NCBI GenBank assembly: GCA_043228905.1
Contig: JBHGNT010000012.1
Location: 14,756,001 to 14,820,000, forward strand
Direction: 5' to 3'
DNA: 64,000 bases
Origin: Azolla caroliniana
Taxonomy: Eukaryota; Plantae; Polypodiophyta
Position numbers and translations under genes: made by a program. Numbering within the stretch: position 1 is the stretch's first letter; each line of letters starts with the position of its first letter. This document shows positions 46,351 to 60,700 of the stretch, piece after piece. Under the pieces are notes generated by a model. The model ran no database searches. It was not told where the DNA came from and saw nothing but the letters and a program-made list of their open reading frames with translations.

Positions 46351-49300
46351 AAGAGAGCAGAACGTAATTTCAAAATTATATCAAGACTCTGTTACACACT
46401 GTGCTAAGTAGCACTATTTATACAAGTCCTCTTGGGACTGACAGAAGTACCATGTACTTCAATGCTCACACAAGCATCTGACACTTACTACGAGACTATA
46501 GATACCTAGTAGTCTATCCTATTCTAGGCTTCCGATTGGACTGCCGGTTACGGATTGCACCCGGCCTCCACTGCTTGGCGGTTCGGTTGCTCACCGTCAT
46601 ACCGATCCGTTTCGCCCGATCCGTCTCGCTTACCGGCTCCGGCTTATTCAGCCGATCCGGCTCCGGTTGAGCTTGCCGCTCAATAGAGTTCATACGGTAC
46701 CGTCGTTGTTGAATCAGCCGAGTGTCAGGTAGGATCAGGGCTGACCATTCGTCGGCTGGTAAGTTGTTAGCGATTTGTACTGTCCGCGGGTTCTCGTCGG
46801 AGCCGAGGTTTTGTGACTCGAGCGTTGATGCTTTGACTCGCTGGGAGATGGCGAGTTCTCGTTCAAACGCGTCTCGAGCTTGTCGTAATTCCGCGATAGT
46901 TGTGGAATCAGCCTCATCCTAGGGAAGTGAATCTACTGTGACATCCTTGTCCTGTGGTGTGCCAAAGCCCGAGATGGCGTTTATTTCGAAGAGGGGTATG
47001 ATAGTGGGATGATCTTCGAGGAAGTCATCCACCTCTTCGTCGGCCAACCCGTCAAGCATGTGTACCCCTTCCACGTATAAGGGTGTGGTGTTGTGGGGCG
47101 TGGTTAGGCGTTCTTCCATTATTACCCGTACCTTGGTCTTCCCTTGGCGGAAAGAGATCATATTCCGCTGCCAATGTTGTTTAATATTTGTTGTGCACAG
47201 CCAGGGTTGGCCAAGCAGCATTGGGTAAGCGCCCGGAGCTTCAAGGCATAAGACGACTGCTGAGATAGTGAACATGTGGCCGCCTAACGTAAAATCAAGG
47301 TGGCGGATTAACCCGATGGGACGAACTGATTGCGTATTGGCCATCTGAAGCCAAAAGGGGCAAGGTTCCCATTGGTTCAAGCCGAGTGTGTGACATGTGG
47401 CCTCACTGATGACGTTCACGTCGGAGTCACCGTCGATTATGCATCCATGAAGGTAGCGTCCTTTAATCATGATTTTCATGGCTGGATTCTGGGAATCCAT
47501 GATGGGTGGGGCTATTCCTAGCTCTGTTAGGTTAATAGGGGTTGCGACGGATTTGTCGTTAGTCGTGATCGAAGCCAAGGTCTCCCGGAAGCATGGCATA
47601 AGCGGTAAAAGCTTATGTAATGGCAACAAGATCCTAGAACTGGTAAGGGCATCCCATAGATGGTCATCTTCTGCCGTGGTGGATGGTCCTATGGAGTGTG
47701 GTTCTCCGATGGTCACGTCCTGCATCTCTGTGTGCATCCGCTCCACATTGCTTTTGTTAGCGGTGTCAATCCATTCCTTGGCTGCTTGTCGGATGTCGTC
47801 TTGTACCTGCCATTGGATGGCCTGGGATTTGCTGCATGTAGTGACGTGTTGAGCGTCGTCCATAATAGTATTCACGGCCGGGGCCTTGCCGCGGTCCGTG
47901 GTTGGGCATTGGGTAGCGTAATGGCCGGGTTGGTTACACTTAAAGCAGGTAACCGATGCTGAGTTGCTGGTGTCACCATGCTCAGTGTGTGGGAAAGATT
48001 GTGAGTGGTTCCCGGCCGCTTATGTAGGCGTGTTGGCCCGTGGCGCATTGTGTTGTACGTTTGGAGGGTCTCGACGACGATTGTCGTTATACCGTCGATT
48101 GTTCCACTAACCTCTGTAAGAGTTTCTTCTGTCGTTTTGTGAATACTGGTAATCGTACCGGTCATTCTGGTCGTCATGGTACCGGTCATACTCATCGTTG
48201 GCTCTATATTGGTCATCGCGGTATTGGTCACGTCAGTCGTCCGATCTCTTGGCGGTAGCGGTCATCGTCGCAGCGCTGACGATCCGAGGATCGTGGTCGC
48301 TTGTTCTCCCGATGTCGGTATGACTCACGTTCATCCTGCTGTGAGTATGTATTTCGAGGTTTGATTTGGCGAACCGGAGCCGTCGTTGTGTGGTTGAGCA
48401 TGTTGTATTCGCATTGTTCGGTCGTGTGAGATCGGGATGGACAAATTGGACAATGTGGCCGATGAGGGCACTTGAGAGCCAGATGGCTTGCGCCCAAGCA
48501 GGCTGTACATTGGAAGGCTTGTCGAAAACGGTTGTCCTCCTGAGGAAGGGTGCTTTGCAAAGATCCCATGGAGAAAGCCGTGTGATGTTGTATGATCGAT
48601 GGCAAGGACGCGTGCGATGACTTGCTCGATTGTCTGGTTGGAGGAATTGGAAGTGCGAGAGTCATCCGTAGAGGCTCCCGTAGGCTGGAAAGGAAGGTAT
48701 CCAGAATGTGATGTGCGGCGAGATAGTCGGCCAGTTGTCGGTAGAGATCTTGAAACCAGATCGTGAACTAGGCGACCGTCTTGTGAGGTTCTTGGCTCAT
48801 GGAAAAGAACTGTCGGAGCAGTTCGCGCTTCGCAACTTCGCGGTGAAATAATTCTAGAAACTTTGTGCGGACGTCCTGGAATGTTGTGACCTCCCCCATG
48901 TTGAGGTTGGAATACCATCGAGCAGCCGGCCCATCGAGGGATAGAGTAAATTCCACGATTTCGGAGGACTCGATTTCGGCAACTGATAACCGCTGTGTCG
49001 AGTGGTTGGCCTGCCATGCGACATGAAAGCACTAGTGTGTGTTCCGCGTCGGGGCCATTTGTATATCGTGGGTAAGGGTAAGGCATGGTATCAAGATCCA
49101 GTTCTTCAGGTAAAGCCGGAAAAGGGTTAGGGTCAGGTTGGGTGACCTCTGGAGGGCTTGGCGGGGAGGACGGTGCGGAATCAACTCGCGACTGGGTATC
49201 GGGTGGCGAGGATTGCAACCGGCGAGTCTCTGATAATTCCTGGAAAGATTGGTCAGTGACCGCCGAGTCGGAAGTTCCTTCGACTAGCTCAGACATCGGG

Positions 49301-52300
49301 CAGGTGGCCGAGACCGTGTGATGCGATTGAGCGCCGTGATGGCGACTGAGATTTACCTCACGTAGTTCGTTGTGACCTTACTTACAACTGTAACCGATCG
49401 TGCCAAATTGTGTTAACCGTTTCTGGGGAAAACACCTTCGATGAGCCCACAGGCTATTGGTATCAAGGGGTCGTGTTACGTGGAAGCCTCTTCTGCACCA
49501 AGAAGACGTTATGGGAATGCGGAGCGTACACGAGCTACAACCTGTTAAACATAGACGTAGCTCGGTTTACGCGTACAGGGAGAATACACAGATGAAGGAA
49601 CAGTAAGAGCGAAACTTATATTAAATGAGAAAGCTCACAGTGATTACAGTACACAGCTCTCGGCCGGAAACTGTTTGTGCAGAGCTGAGTGCTACGATAT
49701 TAATCTTGGTAAATAATTTAGATATTCCCCTCTCGTGAGGTATGCAGATCTCAGTTTATATAGTTTTCTTCCTTAGACAGAGCCGAGCCATCGGTTGATT
49801 GTGAGGGCTAAAAACTCGACTATTTCTACTTCTACCTATTTCCTCACCTACTTTTCTACTTACCGGCGAGTTTACATATTATGTATTTATATTTTTGGCC
49901 TATGGACAACACCTGGCACTCCCATGGGACAGGACTTTGTCCGTCGGACCCACGGTTCACAATGCAGAGTGATAACCACCGATTTTCCAAAAACATAAAA
50001 GTTTACAAAAGTTGCCCGTTTATACATGGGGCTTATGGGTTTGTTTTAATCCTCTTCTAATATGTCGAGGATATCCTCAGGGGCGTGGGGTTGGTCTAGC
50101 TGCTCGGAAGGTGGGGTTGGTGATGGAGATTTTGTTGCCGAGTCGGGGATGGTTGTGTCGTCGCGTGCGTCGCCCTCTGTTGGTTCCGATTTAGGCAGGG
50201 TCGTGGTTGTGGTTTGTAGCTCGGTTGGGATGTGGGGATCTGTAGGGGTAGGTTCCTCCTCTCTGGCTTCCGTGGCGGTTGGCCCGGGTTCGTGTTCGTC
50301 AGTCGTGGGAGTTCTGTTAGTCCTGGTAGCTAGGCGTTCCTCCTCATAACCTTCGGCTTCTAAACGGAACATCATTTGATCGTCGTTGAAGTCCTCTAGA
50401 AGTTGCTCGATGGTCGCAGTGTGGGATGCTGCTAAGGTATGATATTCCTCAATCAAGTCTTCACGGAGAGTCTGGATGCTGGTGTCATCCATCTTGTAAA
50501 ACCCTTCGCCCTCCTTCCTTCGGTTCTCGGCGTCCGCGCGTAGTATGTGTCGTTTAGTGGCTTGGGCTGACCACTCCTGCCAAACACGGTCGAGCGTATC
50601 CTCGATCTTCTTGGTGAATTGCTGGCGATACTTGTTGATCAGAATCTTTATTTTTGTATCATCCATGCTGATGCTAGCTTGGTGAACTTCCACTTCCTCC
50701 CTTGCAGCCTTGGCGTCTTCTTAACATTTGGGGACGAGGAGCGCTAGAGTAGCTTGGTTATCTTTTGCTTTTTCGGTTATGAGCACGCTTGTCTGCTCGT
50801 AACGTTTGGCAAGTTGAGCTACAATTTTGTCCATGTCCTATCTCCAAGCATCCCGATGTCGTTCTCTAGCGGCGATGTGCTCTGTTTGCAACTGATGATA
50901 CGCATTAGAAATTTTCGCCCTTTGCTCTTCAAAGATCCTCCACTTTCGCAGGTGTTCGTTTGCTAATTCTTGTAATGCCCTTTGTTGACAGTGTAATTCC
51001 TAGTTGTTTGCGAATAGCTCGCGTTCTCGTTGGCTATTCCTCTCTACTTCTTTGATGAATTGTTCTTTGGCCTCGATGATAGAGACTTGAAGGGTCATCA
51101 CCTCTCTTTCTTGTTCTTTGAGTGCGGCCGAGCTTTCACCAAGCAGTCGCTTGAGGTTAGCTTCACGGCCCGCTGCTTCTTCCCATAGTTGGCCAATAAT
51201 GTTGTTGTGGTTTTGTTCTGCTAACTCGGCCAGAGTGATCTGGGCCTTAAGCTCCTCTTGGTAGTAACGGAGGGGAGGTCCTGTCTGGATTGCAACTTGT
51301 TGGATCCGGGGAGTGGGTTCCTTGTTTGTCTGTGTAGATCTTTCCATGATGACAGGTGGTGGTGGCATTTGCGTGGAAGCGTGGCTGGTTTGGGGGAGCG
51401 GGCTTATATCTGCCCGTGACAATGGCTCGCTTGTCTGTACCGAATCCGTCATTGTGCTTGCATCGACCGTAGCTACCCTGGGTTAGTTGTGTCTTTGTTG
51501 TGTGATTCGGTAACAGTAGCACTCTGGCTCGGGTTCGGAAGAGGGGCTAGTGAGACATCGTTACTCGGCGCACAGAGGCTTAAGGGCGGTTGTTCTTGAT
51601 GTTGCTGCTCTAGTGACGCCAGTTTCTCCTCGGCGGCTTGCCATAGCTCGGTAGCCCGTTTGGCTTGCTGATGTGACGTTTTGATACGTCGGGCCATGTC
51701 TATTGAGAGACAAGCTCAACATCGGCTGGATCAGCTGAGCAAGCCGAGAACCGGATCGGTTGGGACCGATCGGTTAGGTTGGACTGGTGTGTAAAACGGA
51801 TACGCAAATCGGTGCGTAACGAGAGGCCGTATCGGTGTGTAAACCGAAAGGCCGTTAGAAGAGATATTCCTCGTAAGGAATAGTTTTGGGAGTAAGTGTC
51901 GAGGCTCATTTATGAGCAATCAAGTACTGTCAGTACTTGTGTCAGCCCGATTGTCAGGGCTTGTATAAAAGGTGCTCATTGAGCACGGTGTATGTATAGA
52001 GAGTTGGTGTTTTTGAATTGAGTTTTTTTTGTGTGTTCTCTCTCTATCTCTCCTGCGTATTGTGTATACTCAAGCTCTCCATTAAACCTGCGTATTTTCT
52101 GTGTGTTTGGTTTTCTATTGCTTCCGCACATAATCTTTTACATGGTATCAGAGCGTGAGGGTTGAGAACCTCTGCAGCCGACATAGCTTGAAAGAAAAAC
52201 CAACCAAGAAGAACACGCAAAACCGATGGATAGAGGCATGACTAGCTGGCTTTTGATGGAGAAGCTCGACAGAATCAACTATGCGTCTTGGTCTTACAAG

Positions 52301-52400
52301 ATGGACCAGTACATGCTCAGACACGGTTACTGGAGCTATGTCGATGGAGAAAATGACACAACACTCGATTCGACACACAAAGACTTCCCAGCGTGGGAAC

Positions 52401-55400
52401 TGTTGGGATTACGGTCCCTCCGGATGGGATGGTCGGATGTCCGGAGATGAATGACGACAAGCCCGGTTGCGGTTTCGGAACCGGATGATGAAGACCCCGG
52501 CTTCGGAGCCGGATGACGAATGTACCCGGAGAGAGATCCGGATGCGGGGACATATCTGTGAATATGTTTGCCAAGGGCCCTTGAGGCTATAGTTGTAAAT
52601 AGCCCTAAAGTCATATGTGTATAAATATGACTTAGGGCAAACAGTTTTGATGTTGCTACTCATTTTTCTGTTTTTCCACTCAAGAGGAGTGAAGAGAGAG
52701 CAGCCGTGAGAGAGATAGAGCGTGAGAGACGAAGAGGTCGACACCTCTGTGTAATTCCGCCGCCTGTGGCGAGGACAGCGAGCTCAAGGTCGTCGCCTTG
52801 CAGCTCGTCATTGTATATTTCTCTGTGCATAGTTTTGGTTCGGAGTCTTGTACTCCCGTGGTTTTTTTCCCGTACAGGGTTTTCCACATTAAATCGTGTG
52901 TCCACTTATTTACTTTTGCATTTCCCATTTTCTGCAACAACGATTCGTGTGTTTCCTTGGTTGTGGCCGAGAGGTGAAGTTCGGAAAGTGTCGATTATTT
53001 CCATCAATTTGGTATCAGAGCAGGCTGCTGCAGAAAATGGAAGGCGGCGGCAGCGGGCAGCCGGGGATGATGGTGCTGAATGCGCAGAATTACGCCGACT
53101 GGAAGATCAAGATGGAGGATCTTCTGATTGTTCGGGACCTGTACGAACCGATTGACAGGTCGGAAATACCGAAGGGGGTACTTGAGTCGGAATGGAGGCT
53201 TCTGAACCGGAAAGCCGTTGCAACCATTCGGCAATACGTCGACGTGAGCGTTCTACAACATGTGGCGAACGACATCAACGCATATGAGATGTGGCGGAAG
53301 CTGTCGGGCCTCTACGAGAGGAAGAATGCGTTGAACCGGACCTCCCTGATGAGGAAGATAGTGAACCTCAAGTACCGGGACGGCGAGAGTATGGTGGAAC
53401 ACGTAAGCACGTTCATGGGATTCGTGAACCAGCTTGCGGCGATCAAGTTCCTGCTGGAGGATGCAATGCAAGCCATCATTCTGATGTGTACATTGCCGGA
53501 AAGCTGGGAGAACTTGGTGGTGACTCTCAGCACCTCCTGCACGGAAGATAACTTGTCCCTACAAACGGTAAAGACAAGTATCTTGAACGAAGAAGCGCGT
53601 CGGAGAGATAAAGAACCGGCCTCCGACTCGAAGGCGCTGCTTACCGAATCGGAACGGGGAAGACAATGGAACCGGAGTCCGCAAAGACGGGAGAAGTCGG
53701 GGACCCGGTCGCAGTCAAGAGGAAGACCCACATGCTTCCACTGTGGGAAGCCGGGGCACTTCCGGAAGAATTGTCGGCATTACCGAAAGGACAACGGAGC
53801 CGACGACACCGATCCGAAGAAGTCACCGGAGAGAAACGGTGCATACCGGGGAGCCACGGACCGGAGAGGTCCGGATCGGCGAGGGCAGGACCGGAAAGGA
53901 ACGACGGCACTAGCGGCAAGTGAGGAAGAAATCATGCTCATCACCGAAGAAGGTGAACTAAACATTGCCGGCGATGAGACGACCTGGGTGGTCGATTCCG
54001 GAGCATCGTTCCACCTGACCCCGGAGAGAAGATACTTCTCATCCTACACAGTCGGTGAGCATGGCTGTGTTCGGATGGGAAATGAAGGTACGTGCCGGAT
54101 TGCCGGCATAGGAGACGTGTGGTTGACAACCTCGACCGGATGCAAAATGTTGTTGAAGGATGTCCGACACGTTCCGGAGGTTCGATTGAACCTGATTTCG
54201 GCCGGGAGGCTAGACGATGAAGGCTACACAGGTAGCATCCGGAACGGCGTAATGAAGTTCAGCAAGGGGAGCCTGATAGTGGCTCGGGCCCAGAAAGTCA
54301 ACACACAGTACCTTATGAATGCCTGGTTGTGTCCGGAAGAGTTGAACGTGGCAGCCGACACTGCCGGTGAGTTGTGGCACAAGAGACTGTGCCACATGAG
54401 TGAGAAGGGGATGAAGAGGCTTGCAGAAGACAACCTTATTCCAGTGAAGCATGTGCACCTGGAGAAGTGCACCGATTGCCTGGCCGGTAAGCAGAACCGA
54501 ACCTCCTTCCACTCAAGGCCACCGACGAGACGTAGCGCACCATTGGAGTTGGTGCACACTGATGTGTGTCAGGTAGAAACGAAGTCACATGGCGGAGCCC
54601 AGTACTTCGTAACATTCATTGATGATCACAGCCGGAAGCTGTGGATGGCACCGTTGAAGACAAAGGACCAAGTGTTGTGCGTCTTCAAAGAACTCCACGC
54701 GAGAGTGGAAAGGGAATCCGGCAAGAAGCTGAAAGCGATACGAGCGGATAACGGAGGGGAATACCGGGGGCAGTTCGCGGAGTACTGTCGCTCGAAGGGA
54801 ATCCGGCTCGAGTTTACTGTGCCGAAGACGCCGGAACTGAACGGGCTGGCCGAGAGGATGAACCGGACCATAATGGAGAGGGTCCGGAGTATGCTGGCGC
54901 ATGCGGAATTACCCAAGGGGTTTTGGGCTGAGGCGATGTCAACGGCGACATACGTGATAAACAGATCACCCTCAGTACCTTTGGACGGAGACACGCCGCA
55001 GAGAGTGTGGACCGGTAGGGAAGTATCCTACCGGCACCTGAAGGTGTTCGGGTGTCTCGCATACGTGCATGTGGCAAAGGACCGGAGAGGAAAGCAAGAT
55101 CCAAAGACCCGGCCATGCATATTCCTCGGTTACGGCGATGACGAGTTCGGCTACCGAGTATGGGACCCGGTCGACAAGAAGATATTCCGGAGTCGTGATA
55201 TCATCTTCATGGAGAACAAGACACTCGCCGACTGGGAGTCGGAGAAGAAGATGAAGAGCTCCAAGTCGACCGGTGAGGATAAACTCTACGAGGAGCAGTC
55301 CCGACCGGCAAGGGACCGGTTAACACTCGAAGATCCGGCCGAAGACGGTGAAGAATCAGAACCGGCCGAAGAAGATGAAAATGATACCGGAACCGGCCCC

Positions 55401-57726
55401 GATCCCGAAATGGATTCGGATGAAGAAGAATCGGAAGAACCGGTTACCGAAGCTCCGGAACGGAGATATCCTCTAAGAGAGAGAAGGGCTCCCCGGAGAT
55501 TTCCGGAACCAGAGCACGTGCTGCTAACCGACGAGGGGGAGCCGGAGAGCTTTGAAGAAGCGAAGCATGACACCCATAGCCGCAGGTGGTTAAGTGCCAT
55601 GCAGGAGGAGATGGATTCCCTGCATGAGAACCACACATATGAACTTGTGGAGTTGCCGAAAGGAAAACGGGCACTCCGTAACAAGTGGGTGTTCAAGCTG
55701 AAACCGGGAGATGCCGGAAACCCCCCGAGATACAAAGCCAGGATCGTGGTGAAGGGGTTTCAGCAGAAGAAGGGCGTCGACTTCGACGAGATATTTGCCC
55801 CGGTAGTGAAGATGACCTCCATCCGGACGGTGCTGAGCATAGTGGCAAGCATGGACCTCGAGATAGAACAGATGGACATGAAGACGGCATTCCTTCACGG
55901 TGACCTCGAAGAAGAGATCTACATGCAGCAACCGGAAGGATTCGAGAAGGAAGGGAAGGAGCACCTGGTATGCCGGTTGAAGAAGAGCCTTTACGGTCTG
56001 AAGCAGGCTCCCCGGCAATGGTACCGGAAGTTCGACTCCTTCATGACAGACGAAGGGTACCACAAAACGCAGTCCGATCACTGCGTGTTTGTGAAGAAGT
56101 TCGAAGGAGGAGACTTTCTAATACTCCTCCTGTACGTGGACGACATGTTGATCGTCGGACGAGACCAGGTCAAGATACGGATGCTGAAGAAGGCTCTTCA
56201 CCGAACCTTCTCAATGAAGGACCTGGGTCCGGCGAGGCAAATACTAGGGATGCACATCATCCGGGACCGGAAGAAGAAGCAGTTGTGGCTGTCACAGGAG
56301 AAGTACGTGACAAAGGTGCTTCACCGGTTTAACATGTCGGAAGCAAGACCGGTCGGGTCAACACTCCCGGCAAACTGCAAGCTGTCCAGCAAGCAGAGCC
56401 CCAAGACAAAGGCTGAGAAGGAGGACATGATGAAAGTACCATATGCCTCTGCCGTCGGGAGCTTGATGTACGCAATGGTGTGTACCCGACTGGACATAGG
56501 ATATGCAGTCGGAGTGGTGAGCCGGTACATGAGCAATCCCGGCAAAGAGCATTGGAACGCGGCCAAGTGGATACTCCGATACCTGAAGGGCACGGCAAAC
56601 GTGTGCCTCCGATTCGGCTCCGGTAAGCCCGAACTCGACGGCTTCACCGATTCGGATATGTCGGCTGATGCAGATACCAGCCGGTCCACATCAGGGTATG
56701 TGATGACGTATGCAGGGGGAGCTGTTTCATGGCAGTCGAGGCTGCAGAAGACGGTTGCGTTGTCAACCACGGAGGCGGAGTACATGGCGGCTGTTGAAGC
56801 CGGCAAGGAAATAATATGGATGAAGGACTTCATTAGAGAGCTCGGTATCCGGCAGGAGGAGTACCGACTCTACTGCGACAGTCAGAGTGCAATCCACCTT
56901 GCGAAGAACGCGGCCTATCACTCCCGGACGAAGCACATCCAGCGAAGATATCACTAGATCCGGGAAAGGATAGAAGACAAGGAGTTCGTGCTGACGAAGA
57001 TCCACACGGACGAGAACGGGTCGGATATGCTGACCAAGGTGCTCACACCCGACAAGCTGGAAGCATGCCGGAAGAGGATCGGATTGGAGAGACATCCCAT
57101 GCCGAAGTGAAGGGGGAGTTTGTTGGGATTACGGTCCCTCCGGATGGGATGGTCGGATGTCCGGAGATGAATGACGACAAGCCCGGTTGCGGTTTCGGAA
57201 CCGGATGATGAAGACCCCGGCTTCGGAGCCGGATGACGAATGTACCCGGAGAGAGATCCGGATGCGGGCACATATCTGTGAATATGTTTGCCAAGGGCCC
57301 TTGAGGCTATAGTTGTAAATAGCCCTAAAGTCATATGTGTATAAATATGACTTAGGGCAAACAGTTTTGATGTTGCTACTCATTTTTCTGTTTTTCCACT
57401 CAAGAGGAGTGAAGAGAGAGCAGCCGTGAGAGAGATAGAGCGTGAGAGACGAAGAGGTCGACGCCTCTGTGTAATTCCGCCGCCTGTGGCGAGGACAGCG
57501 AGCTCAAGGTCGTCGCCTTGCAGCTCGCCATTGTATATTTCTCTGTGCATAGTTTTGGTTCGGAGTCTTGTACTCCCGTGGTTTTTTTCCCGTACAGGGT
57601 TTTCCACGTTAAATCGTGTGTCCACTTATTTACTTTTGCATTTCCCATTTTCTGCAACAACGATTCGTGTGTTTCCTTGGTTGTGGCCGAGAGGTGAAGT
57701 TCGGAAAGTGTCGATTATTTCCATCA
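52401..57726 (+). mobile_element. Young Ty1/copia element E (Tnt1/Tork-like)
   Basis: 606-bp LTRs at 52401-53006 and 57121-57726 (about 4 differences seen). TSD GGAAC; PBS at 53010; PPT GAAGGGGGAG. Confidence 0.96.
53037..57110 (+). CDS. Copia gag-pol polyprotein with one premature stop (TAG at 56955-56957, a Trp position) in RNase H
   Basis: Motifs CFHCGKPGHFRKNC, VVDSGAS, RADNGGEY, YVDD and SRTKHI. The frame continues IRERIE...ADMLTK-like to TGA at 57110. Confidence 0.92.
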
Positions 57727-60700
57727 GGAACAATCGGTGAGCAGAGTGTTGTACTGTTTCGCATCTTGTGTGGGCGAACAACTATTAAGCTACGTTCGAG
57801 ATGCAAAAACGCCGAAGGGTGCGTGGGAAAATCTGAAGAAGATCTTCGCCGCGAGCACCATAGCCAGGAAACTTCAGCTCCGATAGGAGTTGAGCAACCT
57901 ACGACAACGCGATTTGTCGATGGCTGACTATACCTCGAAGATCAAGGACATATGCGACTCCTTAGCTTCCATCGATGTGAACATCGAGGAAAACGAGATG
58001 GTCTAGGTCTGTCTCGGGGGTCTAGCATCAAAGTTTGGAGCGTTCCGAACTACTCTGTGTACACGGGAGAATACGCCGTCATTTTTTGACTTACAATCAA
58101 GGCTCCTTATAGAGGAGAACCACGCGGGTGCGTCGACAAGCACGCATGCCAACAGCAAGATGTTGTACACGAAGGGAGATAGGCCCCGTGGTCGTGGCAG
58201 ATGAGGCGAGTCGGTACGCAATGGAGGCGACCAACGGGATCAAGGAAGAAGGCACCGAAGTGATGCCGACAACAATTCCGAACCCTCCGGAAATAGGGGG
58301 AGTCGAGACGACGAGAACCGGCAAGGGAAATCCGCCATGGAATGCTGGTACTGCGGCAAGAAAGGCCACATGGAGAGCGAATGCTGGAAAAAGCGCGCCG
58401 ATTCGGAGAGAACAGGTTCCAGACAGACCGACAAAGGAAATCGGCAACGATCGCACTATGCCGAAGGATCCGGAGAAGCCGGAAAAGGGTCAGTCTTCGT
58501 GACGAGACACGAAGCAAACTCAATGAAGAAGATCACCCCGAAGTCGGAGGAGGTGTGGTACGTCGACTCCGGTGCGTCAAAGCACATGACGTGCCACGAG
58601 GAGTGGTTCTCATACCATGAGAAACCGACGCAACCAGGAGTAGTCGCAATCGGAGACGACACTCCGCATCTGATCGCGAATGTCGGTGAAGTTCCCCTGA
58701 GCCATGTTGGGCAGAAAGGGAAACTTATGAACGTGTTACACGTCCCGACAATCACGAAGAATCTGGTGTCGGTCGGGTAGATCGTCAACCAGGGGATGCA
58801 GGTTCGGTTTACACACCTCGGGTGCTTCATTGAGGAAGAAGGTTGTGTTATTGCGCAAGGGTGCAAAGATAGGAGGATGTTCATCCTTGACTCTACTGAC
58901 GGTGGCACCGCAATGTTCGTGAAGGGACAAAAAGTCAAGTCAGACATCGACTTATGGCACAAGCGGATAGGCCACATCAACTACCAACGGCTTTAGGACT
59001 TGCAATTGAAACAAGTGGTGTTCGGTAGTGGAAGCGGCGCGGGCAATGCTGGAAGGAAAGAGCTTGCCCAAGTTCTATTGGGGTGAGGCGGTATGAACCG
59101 CGGTATAAATCCAGAACCGGATTGGAGACAAAGTGTTGGCGCATGAGCTATATTTCGGAACAAAGCCGAACTTGCGACACTTACGAGTTTTCGGTAGCAT
59201 TACATATGTGCATGTGCCGAAGGAGAAACGGAGGAAGCTGAATGCAAAGGCCGAGAAATGTATCTTGGTCGATTACTCGGACGAGCAGAAGGGTTATAAG
59301 TGATATAACCCGCGCACCAAACAAGCGCGCGTGAGCCGCAACGTTGTGTTTGACGAGTCCGCGTCCTGGTACTTGCCTCCGACTCCGGACCTCACCTCCA
59401 ATCCGAGTTCTGACAATGAGGTCAGCGAGGCCGAGATGCCTCTGGATGAGCCTGAAATCAGGATACCCACGAAGAGAGTCCGATTTCGTTTCGGTTAAGT
59501 GGACTGAATGGACGACTGAGTCAATTCGACCAGTCTGATGAAGAGTCGGCGAGTAGTGGAGACTCGGCCGTGCATTCCCCGTGTAGGAAGCGGAGGAGAC
59601 GGCTTACGCGCAAAGAGAAAGGGAAGAAGAAGGTGTCGGATTCCGGCACAAATAGGAATGAGTCAGACTGACGCGAGTCCGACTCCCAGGGAAGCGGTGA
59701 CGGGTCTTCAAGAGCAAAGTCCGCGTCGGCCGAGAAGACCTCGACATTACGCCGATCTATCCGCCAGAAGAACCAAGTTGTGCGGTTCAGATACAACGAG
59801 TACATGGCGCATTATTATGCGTACATGACCGGTGTAGTGGAAGTGCGTGAGCTGGAGAGCTACGTAGAAGGGCTGAGGATGCGAATTGGCGCGCCGCGAT
59901 GGAGGAGGAGATGCACGCATTGGCGAACAACGAGACCTGGGACCTGGTTGACGCACCGAAGGGTATGAAGCCGATCGGATGTAGGTGGGTGGACAAGGTC
60001 AAGTACAACACTGACGGCTTGGTCAACCAATACAAGGCCCTATTAGTGACAAAAGGCTACGCATAGAAACACGGCATTGACTACGATGAGACGTTTGCGC
60101 CGGTCGCGAAGATGACAACCACCCGTGTTTTGCTCGCGGTAGCTGCGGCAAAGGGGTGGCACTTACATCAGATGGATGTAAAGAATGCGTTCCTACAAGG
60201 TGAGCTTGAGGACGAGGTGTACATGGTACAACCCCCTGGATTTCACTCCGGAACGAACACGTCGGTAGTGTGCCGATTGAAGTCCCTTTACGGACTGAAG
60301 CAAGCTCCGCGTGCCTGGAATGCGAAGATCATGCAGCAACTGCGTCGAATGGGCTTTGCAACATCAAAATCGGACTCTTCCCTGTTCATCCAGAAAGGTC
60401 GACTCAGTCCGGTTAGTATTTTACTATATGTTGATGACTTGGTCATCACCGGCGCCGACCTAGGTGAAATCGACCGCGGGAAGCTCCAGCTTGCGGCATC
60501 GTTCGACATGAAGGATCTGGGGGATCTTCATTACTTCCTCGGGATCGAAGTGATCCGTACCCCCGAAGGCATATTGATCAACCAACATCATTATGTGTTG
60601 AGTATGCTCTTGAAATTCGGGATGGCCGATTGTAAGTCCGTCTCGACTCCTCTGGATAGAACCGTCAAGATTCGCCCCAATTCCGGAAAGGTATGCAACT

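Larger units (their letters stand above)
34222..46685 (-). mobile_element. Degenerate Ty1/copia element C (5' LTR 46254-46685; 3' LTR 34222-38574 split by the LINE; integrase core deleted; element B inserted)
   Basis: PBS TGGTATCAGAGC; TSD GGGTT/GAGTT. Gag CWYCGKKGHRESEC, protease WYVDSGAS, RT YVDD, RNase H ARTKHIEVHYH. Confidence 0.9.
27317..49779 (-). mobile_element. Degenerate non-chromoviral gypsy element hosting several insertions (LTR-like 27317-27682 and 49411-49779; INT/RH/RT 31740-34221; protease/gag 46686-49300)
   Basis: Two diverged LTR copies. The RT reading RYRMNPNYA is restored across the copia insertion. Protease IIDGDSDVNV; integrase ISDQGGHF. Confidence 0.8.
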
